A stretch of 38,658 bases of DNA from the IMG/VR virus record IMGVR_UViG_3300025673_000007, positions 1 to 38,658 of that record. One strand, given 5' to 3'. Shown here piece after piece: positions 1 through 7,782 of the stretch (position 1 is its first letter; the number at the start of each line of letters is the position of its first letter). The notes below the pieces were generated by a model, which saw only the letters and a list, made by a program, of their open reading frames with translations, had not been told where the DNA came from and searched no databases. The translations under genes and the position numbers were made by a program. Source of the DNA: a virus. Taxonomy: Duplodnaviria; Caudoviricetes.

Positions 1-2
1 CG

Positions 3-284
3 ATAGCGTATGCAGAGTATTGCGATGATCGGTTAGTGGAGTCCTCCAGGGGGCTGATTCATGATAATGATTTTAGTCGGCATCGTGCATTGGTGGTTGA
101 GTATGTGAGCGGGAAAGGTGATGTGACTAACAGAGAGTTGTCGAGGGGATTGTCTTTGTTTAGGGGGATGAGGTCGAGAGAGCGTAACGAGATATTAGAG
201 GTTCTGGTGAGTGATGGGGATATCGATAGGGAGACTAAGAAGACAAAGCAAGGGAGAAGTTACTATGTTTATCGAAAAAGATAG
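3..284 (+). CDS. C-terminal end (5'-truncated) of the primase-polymerase/helicase gene that starts at 37448
   Basis: Frame is open from position 3 (IAYAEYCDDRLVESS...). The winged-helix-like tail (RELSRGL...RERNEILEVLVSDGDI) is typical of DUF3987-containing primase-helicases and fits the unterminated ORF at the right end. Confidence 0.7.
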   Translation: MAYAEYCDDRLVESSRGLIHDNDFSRHRALVVEYVSGKGDVTNRELSRGLSLFRGMRSRERNEILEVLVSDGDIDRETKKTKQGRSYYVYRKR

Positions 285-299
285 GAGTGAGGTGAAAGG

Positions 300-1160
300 A
301 TGAAATTATATATATCATTTAGCGGGGGAAAAACCTCTGCATTTATGACTAAATGGCTGCTAGACAATAAGCGAGATGATTACAGCGATATTGTTATCTT
401 GTTTGCTAATACAGGACAGGAGAATGAGGAAACACTACGGTTTGTTGATAGGTGTGATAAAGAGTGGGGGTTGGGTGTTGTTTGGGTTGAAGCGGTGATT
501 AATCCAGAGAAAGGAAAGGGAACGCGCCACAGAGTTGTTAATTATGAAACGGCTAGTCGTATCGGTGAACCCTTTGAAGATGTCATTAAGAAATATGGTA
601 TTCCAAATCAAGTGGGGATGTTCTGCACCAGAGAATTGAAGTTAGCACCCATGACTTCATATCTACGAGAATTGGGCTGGAAGAAAGGTGATTATCAGAC
701 AGCAATCGGCATCAGGTTTGATGAAATGGATAGAGTCAGTGCCAACATGGAAAAGAATAATATTATTTACCCTTTGGTTGAGGACATTAAGACAACAAAA
801 GAAATGATAAATGATTATTGGAGAAACCAAAGTTTTACGCTTAACTTGCGTGAGCATGAGGGGAACTGTTCGTGGTGCTATAAAAAGTCATTGAGGAAGT
901 TATTCACCTTGGCTCAAGATACACCAGAGATTTTTGAGTTCCCAATTAGGATGGAAAGACTCTATGGCAAGAATGGTCAGCACTCATTACCAGAAAGCAG
1001 AGTGTTTTTTAGGGAAAGACGGAGTGGCTTGGACATTTTAGAGGAATCTAAAAAGCCGTTCCGCAGATGGGAGGAACCGCGAGAAAGTATGGATATGTTT
1101 GGTTTTGAGATGGAGATGGATTCAGCAAATGGATGCTCAGAAAGTTGTGAGGTGTTCTAG
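300..1160 (+). CDS. PAPS reductase-family (PP-loop) protein with Cys motifs
   Basis: N-terminal ISFSGGKTS PP-loop, FANTGQE, FCTRELK, IGIRFDE, YPL, GNCSWC, C-terminal GCSESC; SD upstream. Confidence 0.85.
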   Translation: MKLYISFSGGKTSAFMTKWLLDNKRDDYSDIVILFANTGQENEETLRFVDRCDKEWGLGVVWVEAVINPEKGKGTRHRVVNYETASRIGEPFEDVIKKYGIPNQVGMFCTRELKLAPMTSYLRELGWKKGDYQTAIGIRFDEMDRVSANMEKNNIIYPLVEDIKTTKEMINDYWRNQSFTLNLREHEGNCSWCYKKSLRKLFTLAQDTPEIFEFPIRMERLYGKNGQHSLPESRVFFRERRSGLDILEESKKPFRRWEEPRESMDMFGFEMEMDSANGCSESCEVF

Positions 1161-1183
1161 CTAGATGATTGGTAGAAAAGCTA

Positions 1184-1438
1184 AGTGTCACGGAGTGGCA
1201 CGGAGTGGCACAGGAGTGTCACAGGTGTTTTCCGACAGCAAACCCTAGGCGTGGCGGGGGCTACAGAGGTTTTTTTAGGAGTGTCACAGATTTCCTAGTA
1301 AATATAAAAAAACAGGGTAAAAGGAATTATAAAGGGTATATAGAGGGGGGGTATGTGACACTGTGACACTATAGCTGTAGGCCGCGTGGTTACTGGGTTT
1401 GGAGTGGCATTGCCACTCTTGTGACACTGTGACACTCT
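1184..1438. repeat. Iteron array / putative replication origin
   Basis: AGTG(T/G)CAC at 1184, 1194, 1204, 1215 and 1280; A/T- and purine-rich spacer ~1296-1345; inverted copies (TGTGACAC) at 1354, 1362, ~1420 and ~1428; palindrome GAGTGGCATTGCCACTC at 1402-1418. Confidence 0.7.
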
Positions 1439-1459
1439 GAAATGAGGGGTGAGGCGAAT

Positions 1460-1813
1460 ATGGGAAGGTACATGAGTGAGATTGAGGATATGTTTGAACG
1501 GCAGTTGATTGAACATGGGGTGGGGGAATGGAGGCCTTGGGAGCGTGAGTTTAAGTTTCATCAGACGAGGAAGTGGCGGTCTGATTTTGCTTGGAAGGAG
1601 GATATGTTGTTGGTTGAGATTGAAGGGGGGATCTATGCGGGGGGTAGGCATACCAGGGGGAAGGGGTTTGAGAATGATTGTGAGAAGTATAATGTGGCTA
1701 CACTGATGGGGTATTCGTTGTTAAGGTTTAGTGGTGGTATGGTTGAGAGTGGGATGGCTGCGAAGATGGTGGGAATGTTTTTAGCGGGAAGAGGATTGAG
1801 AGATGATGATTGA
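1460..1813 (+). CDS. PD-(D/E)XK endonuclease (Vsr/DUF559-like)
   Basis: EFKFHQTRKWRSDFAW...LVEIEGG...GRHTRGKGFENDCEKYN, a common phage nuclease family; start could be 1442, 1460 or 1472. Confidence 0.8.
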   Translation: MGRYMSEIEDMFERQLIEHGVGEWRPWEREFKFHQTRKWRSDFAWKEDMLLVEIEGGIYAGGRHTRGKGFENDCEKYNVATLMGYSLLRFSGGMVESGMAAKMVGMFLAGRGLRDDD

Positions 1814-2018
1814 ATGGTTGAATAGGTGGATCAATCCACCAGTCGAGACTTTTGTATTTAAGGGTGTTGGCTACAAAGATAGAGGGGAGGGCAAATGTTG
1901 GTGTGGTTCTGGGCTTATTCGGTTTTATAGTAAGGGGTACAGTCAGTGTGTGGATCTGGAATCATGTGGCCGGAAGTACGATACTGATGACGGTGTGGAG
2001 ATAAAGCATCAGAGATAG
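1803..2018 (+). CDS. Hypothetical protein, possible Zn-ribbon
   Basis: CWCG...C-x5-C; overlaps the upstream gene. Confidence 0.5.
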   Translation: MMIEWLNRWINPPVETFVFKGVGYKDRGEGKCWCGSGLIRFYSKGYSQCVDLESCGRKYDTDDGVEIKHQR

Positions 2019-2031
2019 GGATATTAAAAGG

Positions 2032-2220
2032 ATGAATGAGAAGATTAATGAGCATATCAAACACATCACCGCAGCCCATGGCAGGTTGTACCAAGCCGCG
2101 AAGTGTGTGGCCGATGAGGATGAGATTAGGTTGAGGGTGGATAAATGCGCTGAAGCTCTCGATGCGTTTAGTGATGCGCTGCATGGTGGGCTCATGAAGG
2201 AGCCTTGGGAGAGGGAGTGA
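2032..2220 (+). CDS. Hypothetical protein
   Basis: 62 aa helical ORF abutting terS. Confidence 0.55.
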   Translation: MNEKINEHIKHITAAHGRLYQAAKCVADEDEIRLRVDKCAEALDAFSDALHGGLMKEPWERE

Positions 2221-2221
2221 T

Positions 2222-2695
2222 ATGCCAGGTATGCCGGAGAGAAGAAGGCGTAACGAGATGGCCGATAAGAAGATGGCAGATGCTTTCTTTTGGGAGGATC
2301 TGTTTACAAGGGTGAGTCATGGGTTGTCGATACAAGAGTATGCAAAGACGAGGGACGTACCGTACAAGCGGATGATGTCACGGATTAAAGAGGATGAGGC
2401 GTTGAGCCAAGGGTTGGATGAAGCTAAACACGCAAGGGCTTGGGGGTATTTTGAGGATGTGGATAGGGTTACTGACTTGGTGGAAGAAGGAAAGATAGAC
2501 CCGAACTCTGGGAGGGTGGTGATACAGTCACGGCAGTGGCAAGCTAAGATGATGAACAGGCAAGACTTTGGTGATAGGCAACAGGTAGAGCTGAAGGTGG
2601 AAGATGTAACGCAGAAGCACCTTGATGCAGTGCGTCAGATGTCAGCACCGGAGGTTGTTGAGGGTGAGGTGATAAGGGACGATAACGACGGTTGA
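2222..2695 (+). CDS. terS: Terminase small subunit (Sf6 gp1-like)
   Basis: N-terminal HTH-like region, then RVVIQSRQWQAKMMNRQDFGDRQQVEL motif; upstream of terL; SD GGGAG. Confidence 0.8.
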   Translation: MPGMPERRRRNEMADKKMADAFFWEDLFTRVSHGLSIQEYAKTRDVPYKRMMSRIKEDEALSQGLDEAKHARAWGYFEDVDRVTDLVEEGKIDPNSGRVVIQSRQWQAKMMNRQDFGDRQQVELKVEDVTQKHLDAVRQMSAPEVVEGEVIRDDNDG

Positions 2696-3060
2696 GCCGC
2701 ACCGTCGCACCGGTCCACGCACCCGCGCGATTCTACCGCTATTTAACATAATCTGGCAATCGACACCGTACCTAAGAACAGGGTTGTCCGAGCAGTACAG
2801 TGCTAGGCCAGTGGGTTGACGGTAACTTTGACGGTAACTGCTGACCTGGTGCATCAGTAAACCTAAGTAAATCAATGACTTAGTATGTCAATGTGATCCC
2901 TGTACTCGCCATCACATCGGGTTTATGGTCCCAGGGTGCCGACCGGCTGCCTGGATGAGCCTCGATGCCCCCCCCCTTCGGCCCAGCGCTGGGGGTCATG
3001 ATAATTATCACCCCCTCAGACACACGAACCCCCACAATCTAATTTTAAAAAATCATATTA
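2696..3060. other. Non-coding region, candidate pac site / genome terminus
   Basis: Follows terS; contains tandem TTGACGGTAACT x2 (2816-2839), an IHF site, a C9 run (2968-2976), palindromes CCCAGCGCTGGG and TGATAATTATCA (2999-3010); strand G/C skew flips here. Confidence 0.45.
2870..2882 (+). promoter_or_regulatory. IHF consensus site
   Basis: AATCAA-TGAC-TTA matches WATCAANNNNTTR, in the non-coding region after terS. Confidence 0.6.
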
Positions 3061-3065
3061 TTTTC

Positions 3066-3096
3066 TTGTGTTATTACTTAGATATAAGTACATACT
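3066..3096 (+). promoter_or_regulatory. Putative promoter containing palindromic operator TACTTA-gata-TAAGTA (3075-3090)
   Basis: AT-rich upstream tract; TTGTGT...CATACT with non-optimal 19-bp spacing; precedes small genes with strong SDs. Confidence 0.45.
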
Positions 3097-3133
3097 ACAA
3101 GTGAGTTCAACAACAACCAACCGGAGAAAAGCA

Positions 3134-3196
3134 ATGACACAGATCGAATTAGTTAAAAAGTACATCAGCATTGGTAACGAAGAGAAGGTTTTTTAG
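3134..3196 (+). CDS. 20-aa micro-ORF or gene remnant (MTQIELVKKYISIGNEEKVF)
   Basis: SD GGAG at 3123-3126; first ORF after the putative promoter. Confidence 0.35.
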   Translation: MTQIELVKKYISIGNEEKVF

Positions 3197-3213
3197 TAAC
3201 TAGGAGAATAAAA

Positions 3214-3501
3214 ATGACTAAAAAAGACAGAGAACAAATCGCATTAGATTTTATTGCACTTCACAAAAAGGATGACGTATCTGATTGGTTGCTACAGGCT
3301 GGGGATCTTGAAACCGTCTACGCCAACCTTATTATGGGCTCATTCGGCAACGTCCACTCTGATGCTGATGGTGGTTGTGCAGTAGAGATTAGCCAGTATG
3401 AGACTAAATCAGGCCACACTGAGCTATATGACTTCGAGTTATCGGGTGATGATTGGAAGGAATTTAAGGGTATCGATGAAAATACAGGAGAGATGGGATG
3501 A
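3214..3501 (+). CDS. Acidic hypothetical protein
   Basis: SD GGAG; 21 D/E versus 8 K/R in 95 aa. Confidence 0.75.
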   Translation: MTKKDREQIALDFIALHKKDDVSDWLLQAGDLETVYANLIMGSFGNVHSDADGGCAVEISQYETKSGHTELYDFELSGDDWKEFKGIDENTGEMG

Positions 3502-3818
3502 AATGGTACAACTACGCGACACCCCCAATAGATTTTTACTGGAGCAAGCTAAAATCCCCCACCGAAGTGATTCGCGAAATGACGCGTGATTTCAATGAGG
3601 TTGACGACTTACGTCGTTTCGTAAAAGATTTATCCTCCGCAATGGAGGCATTCAGGTCGATGGGTTGGCAAAGTACGGTCGTGCGTGATGGTGTATTTTA
3701 TGTTCCATTAGAGGATGAGTTTCGTTATGGTTTCGCGTTAAAAGAGAGCGACAACGGAACGACTTACATTGCCTCTCCAATCCCACTCCCTCACCTTGAG
3801 GAATATTTGGATGGCTAG
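3498..3818 (+). CDS. Hypothetical protein
   Basis: ATGA overlap with the upstream gene; SD AGGAG. Confidence 0.75.
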   Translation: MKWYNYATPPIDFYWSKLKSPTEVIREMTRDFNEVDDLRRFVKDLSSAMEAFRSMGWQSTVVRDGVFYVPLEDEFRYGFALKESDNGTTYIASPIPLPHLEEYLDG

Positions 3819-3972
3819 AAACACACCAGAGATAAACGCCCGCCACCAACGTGAGTTCGGCGAAAGGATGAAAGAGCAAGGACTGGTAAAAAGGTGCTTC
3901 TGGGTAAAAAACGATGAATCTTTGATTAAAGAGATTAAGGAATATATCAAGATCGTTAACGATAAGACGTAA
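3811..3972 (+). CDS. Small basic putative DNA-binding regulator (DUF3018/RHH-like)
   Basis: ARHQREFGERMKEQGLVKRCFWV resembles the 'RxRMRxxGLxxVxxWV' small-regulator pattern; SD GAGG; overlaps the upstream gene. Confidence 0.5.
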   Translation: MARNTPEINARHQREFGERMKEQGLVKRCFWVKNDESLIKEIKEYIKIVNDKT

Positions 3973-4013
3973 ACTGGAGAAAAACAATGAAAGTAATTGG
4001 ATAAAGAGGCAGC

Positions 4014-5417
4014 ATGAACAAAAACCCATACATAGATTTCATCGCCAAGTACCGCAGCAATCCGGTGCTGTTCGTTAAGGACGTTCTGCAAGTTCACCCA
4101 GATGAATGGCAAGCTGAGTTTCTAAGCCATATCGCTGGTGGTGAGAGGAAGATATCGGTGAGATCTGGCCACGGTACTGGCAAATCCACCGCAGCAAGCT
4201 GGGCGATGGTCTGGTACTTAACGACGCGGTTCCCATGCAAGATCGTAGTCACCGCACCAACGTCATCCCAGCTATTCGATGCGCTGTTCGCAGAGCTTAA
4301 GAGTTGGATACGGAACCTACCACCCTATGTGGGTGAGCTGTTTGAGGTGACCAGCGACAGGGTGGTGCTTAAAGCAGCGCCAAGTGAAGCGTTTATCTCT
4401 GCAAGGACGGCAAGGGCGGAAACGCCAGAGGCTTTAGCCGGCGTACATTCACAAAATGTTTTACTTATTTGTGACGAAGCGTCGGGAATCGACGAGAGTG
4501 TTTTTGAGGCAGCGTCTGGCTCAATGTCTGGACACTCAGCCACGACTTTATTATTGGGGAACCCAACACGATCATCTGGTCTGTTTTACGATACCCATCA
4601 TCGAGTTAAGGCAGATTGGAAGACAATGCACGTTAGTTGTCTAAAATCCCCCAGGGTATCGGACGAGTTCGTTAGGGAGATGGAAGTTAAGTACGGCGCG
4701 GAGAGCAATCAATTTAGGGTGCGTGTGCTTGGTGAGTTTCCATTAAAAGAAGATAACACGGTTATTTCAGCCGATACGGTCCAGTCTGCTCAGAAACGAG
4801 ATATTCAGAGTGATCCCGATACGGTGCCTATCTGGGGTTTGGATGTGGCACGGTTCGGGGCCGATAGCAGTGTTCTAGCAATCAGACACGGTAACGCCAT
4901 TACCGAACTAATATCCTGGAAGGGTCTGAGTCTGATGGAGTTAACCGGTCGGGTTGTGGATAAGTTTAATAATCTGATTCCGCGCCAACGGCCAACTGAA
5001 ATACTGGTAGATTCGATTGGATTAGGCGCTGGTGTGGTAGATCGGCTGCAAGAGCTGGATCTACCGGTCCGAGGGATCAATGTGGGTGAAGCAAGCTCTA
5101 TGAGTGGTACTTATTTGAATCTGCGGGCTGAATTGTGGTTCAAGTTGAAGGATTGGTTGGCAGCAAAGGATTGTAAACTACCAGTTGATAGTGCCTTATT
5201 CTCCGAACTGGTGTCGCCCAGGTATCAATTCACATCGAGTGGTAAGATGAAGATCGAATCTAAGGACGAAATGCGTAAACGTGGGCTACCTTCGCCCGAT
5301 AAAGCTGACGCGATATGTTTAACGCTGGCCAGTGACGCAGCGACCGCTACGTTTGGATCAAAACATAGCGTCCAGTGGAAGAAACCCTTGAAAAGAGCGG
5401 TGAAAGGAGTGGTATAA
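4014..5417 (+). CDS. terL: Terminase large subunit
   Basis: Walker A SGHGTGKS, Walker B LLICDEASG, coupling motif GNPTR, RNase H-like GLDVARFGADSS and SPDKADA. Confidence 0.97.
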   Translation: MNKNPYIDFIAKYRSNPVLFVKDVLQVHPDEWQAEFLSHIAGGERKISVRSGHGTGKSTAASWAMVWYLTTRFPCKIVVTAPTSSQLFDALFAELKSWIRNLPPYVGELFEVTSDRVVLKAAPSEAFISARTARAETPEALAGVHSQNVLLICDEASGIDESVFEAASGSMSGHSATTLLLGNPTRSSGLFYDTHHRVKADWKTMHVSCLKSPRVSDEFVREMEVKYGAESNQFRVRVLGEFPLKEDNTVISADTVQSAQKRDIQSDPDTVPIWGLDVARFGADSSVLAIRHGNAITELISWKGLSLMELTGRVVDKFNNLIPRQRPTEILVDSIGLGAGVVDRLQELDLPVRGINVGEASSMSGTYLNLRAELWFKLKDWLAAKDCKLPVDSALFSELVSPRYQFTSSGKMKIESKDEMRKRGLPSPDKADAICLTLASDAATATFGSKHSVQWKKPLKRAVKGVV

Positions 5418-5423
5418 ATAGTA

Positions 5424-5449
5424 GGGGGGGAAATTCCCCCCGATTTTCT
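5424..5449 (+). terminator. Intrinsic terminator after terL
   Basis: G7-AAATT-C6 hairpin followed by GATTTTCT. Confidence 0.55.
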
Positions 5450-5664
5450 AACATAAAATAGTGTAGGAAAGCACTGGGTCACAGACCTGTAGCCCAGTCA
5501 TGGAAACTAATACCCTATTTGTTTCCATAAACCATTAAATAGGGTAGAAACCCCACAAATACTTAGAAATAAGGCGTAAATAGGGACAGCTCCCCACTTT
5601 CATAGTCAAAACACCACCATAAGCGTATAATAGCCCCACCAGTGGCTTAATTTGTGGTGCATCC

Positions 5665-7782
5665 ATGTACGAAAACCCCGCCGAAGGTGGCATTGAAGAA
5701 GAGCTAGAGGTCATCGAAAATGATGATAAATCGCTCTCAGAAGAAGACCTTCAAGCTATTATCACCTCAGAGATAAGCTCCGCAGTCGATTTCATCGACA
5801 ACACGATTGGCCCAGAACGCGCAAAAGCTACCAAGTATTATAAGGGTGAGAAGTTCGGTAATGAGGAAGATGGCCGCTCTCAGATCGTTTCGCTCGATGT
5901 CAGGGATACGATTGGCGCGATTATGCCTTCTTTAATGCGGATCTTCTTCTCGACCGACAAGGTCGTGGAGTTCGTTCCCCGAAACGCCGAGGATGTCGAG
6001 AAAGCTGAACAGGCAACAGACTATATTAGTTATATATTTTCCCAAGATAACCCAGGGTTCCTGACTTTACAGTCGGCATTCAAGGATGCGCTGGTCAGGA
6101 AAGTTGGAATAATCAAATATTGGTGGGACGAGGATGTTGAAGTCACCACGGAACATTTTAGCGGCCTCAACCCCGAAGCCTTGCAGTATTTGTCTTCGGA
6201 TCCCCAAACCGAGGTCGCTTCCCAAGAACTCGCAATGGAGATGGACGAGTTTGGCAATCCAATAGGAATGCCCTCGATTGAAGCGACGGTCACTCGTAGA
6301 GTGGACAAAGGTCGAGTCAAAGTCGAAGCGGTCCCACCGGAAGAGTTCCTGATCGACCGTGACGCGAAGACGCTGGAAGATGCAACGATTGTTGCTCATC
6401 GGACTACTTTAACGGTTAGCGACTTGGTGGCTAGAGGCTACGAAGAAGAGTTAATTTTAGAACACGCTGGCGATACTGATGTCTTGAACTGGAGCGACGA
6501 ATTAGCTGCACGGCAAGAAACACAGAGCTACGGTCAGGCGACAAGATCTGACGATGCAGCGCGTGAAGTCAGCTACACAGAGAGCTACGTCAAAGCCGAC
6601 ATGGATGGTGATGGAATTGCCGAATTAATCAAAGTTTGCTCCATTGGCCCATCTAATAAAGTGTTGTACTGGGAGCCGGTCGCCGATGTACCTTTCGCTA
6701 CCTTCTGCCCCGACCCAGAACCGCATACGTTCTTTGGAATGTCTGTGGCTGATTCAGTCATGGATATCCAGAAGACTAAGTCTGCTGTTTTACGGAATAT
6801 GTTAGATAGCCTCGCAATGAGTATTCATCCACGAATGGCGATAGTGGAGGGGCAGGTCAACCTGGACGACTGCCTTAACACCGAGGTTGGCAGTTTGATC
6901 CGCCAACGGTCAGCCGGTATGGTCACCCCGTTTGCTATGCCTTTCGTAGGCAAAGAAGCATTTCCAATGATGCAGTATTTGGATGAGTTACGCGAGAACC
7001 GCACCGGTATTTCTAAAGCAGCCGCTGGGTTAGATGCGTCTGCGCTTCAATCCAGCACAGCGTCGGCGGTCAACGCGACCGTCAGTCAGGCGCAACAGCA
7101 CATCGAGATGATCGCTCGTATCTTTGCCGAGACTGGCATGAAACAATTATTCAAAGGGATATTGAAGCTGACCATTAACCACCAGGACGAGGAAAGGATG
7201 ACCCGGTTGAACAACCAGTTTGTCCCAATCGATCCAAGGTCGTGGAATGCTGACATGGATGTTTCTTCAAATATAGCCCTTGGTAAGGGAACAGATACAG
7301 AGCGGATTGCAGCGCTATCGCAGATCGCTGGCAAGCAAGAAGAGCTGATGAAGTTGCTCGGACCAGTGAACGCATTGGTATCACCTAAACAATACAGTCA
7401 TACGCTGGCTAAGATCGTCGAGCTAAGTGGTTTTAAAGATCCCTCGATGTTCATCAACGCGCTACAAGATGGGCAGCCGTTAGTGCCACCAGAAACAGCA
7501 CAGAACAAGAAGAAATCACCAGAGGAATTATTAGCCGAAGTTCAAACGCAAAGCATCCGAGCGGATATAGAAAAAAAGGCCGCTGAATTGCAATTACGCC
7601 GTGACGAAATGTTGAGAAAAGACGATTTGGAACGCGACAAGCTCGATGCTGACATCCATCTTAAAGCCGCAGAGATCCAAGGTAAGCACGGCACCTCAGT
7701 CAATATTGCTCAGATCAAAGCTGACGTAGATCGTGACCGAGAGATGATCAAAGGTATCCAAGCCGGAAGAGGTGTTCGGTAG
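5665..7782 (+). CDS. Portal protein (P22/SU10-like podovirus type)
   Basis: 705 aa after terL; GRSQIVSLDVRDTI, VPPEEFLID, PEPHTFFGMS, C-terminal coiled-coil barrel; TATAAT at ~5626. Confidence 0.93.
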   Translation: MYENPAEGGIEEELEVIENDDKSLSEEDLQAIITSEISSAVDFIDNTIGPERAKATKYYKGEKFGNEEDGRSQIVSLDVRDTIGAIMPSLMRIFFSTDKVVEFVPRNAEDVEKAEQATDYISYIFSQDNPGFLTLQSAFKDALVRKVGIIKYWWDEDVEVTTEHFSGLNPEALQYLSSDPQTEVASQELAMEMDEFGNPIGMPSIEATVTRRVDKGRVKVEAVPPEEFLIDRDAKTLEDATIVAHRTTLTVSDLVARGYEEELILEHAGDTDVLNWSDELAARQETQSYGQATRSDDAAREVSYTESYVKADMDGDGIAELIKVCSIGPSNKVLYWEPVADVPFATFCPDPEPHTFFGMSVADSVMDIQKTKSAVLRNMLDSLAMSIHPRMAIVEGQVNLDDCLNTEVGSLIRQRSAGMVTPFAMPFVGKEAFPMMQYLDELRENRTGISKAAAGLDASALQSSTASAVNATVSQAQQHIEMIARIFAETGMKQLFKGILKLTINHQDEERMTRLNNQFVPIDPRSWNADMDVSSNIALGKGTDTERIAALSQIAGKQEELMKLLGPVNALVSPKQYSHTLAKIVELSGFKDPSMFINALQDGQPLVPPETAQNKKKSPEELLAEVQTQSIRADIEKKAAELQLRRDEMLRKDDLERDKLDADIHLKAAEIQGKHGTSVNIAQIKADVDRDREMIKGIQAGRGVR

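Noticed and set aside
1169-1366. 65-aa ORF across the repeat array
   Set aside because: TTG start; the sequence is explained by iterons and the AT-rich core.
1184-1438. Possible CRISPR array
   Set aside because: Repeats are 8 bp, irregularly spaced and in both orientations; no spacer structure and no cas genes.
2999-3010. Fur box
   Set aside because: 12-bp palindrome TGATAATTATCA lacks the 7-1-7 spacing; kept only as a palindrome.
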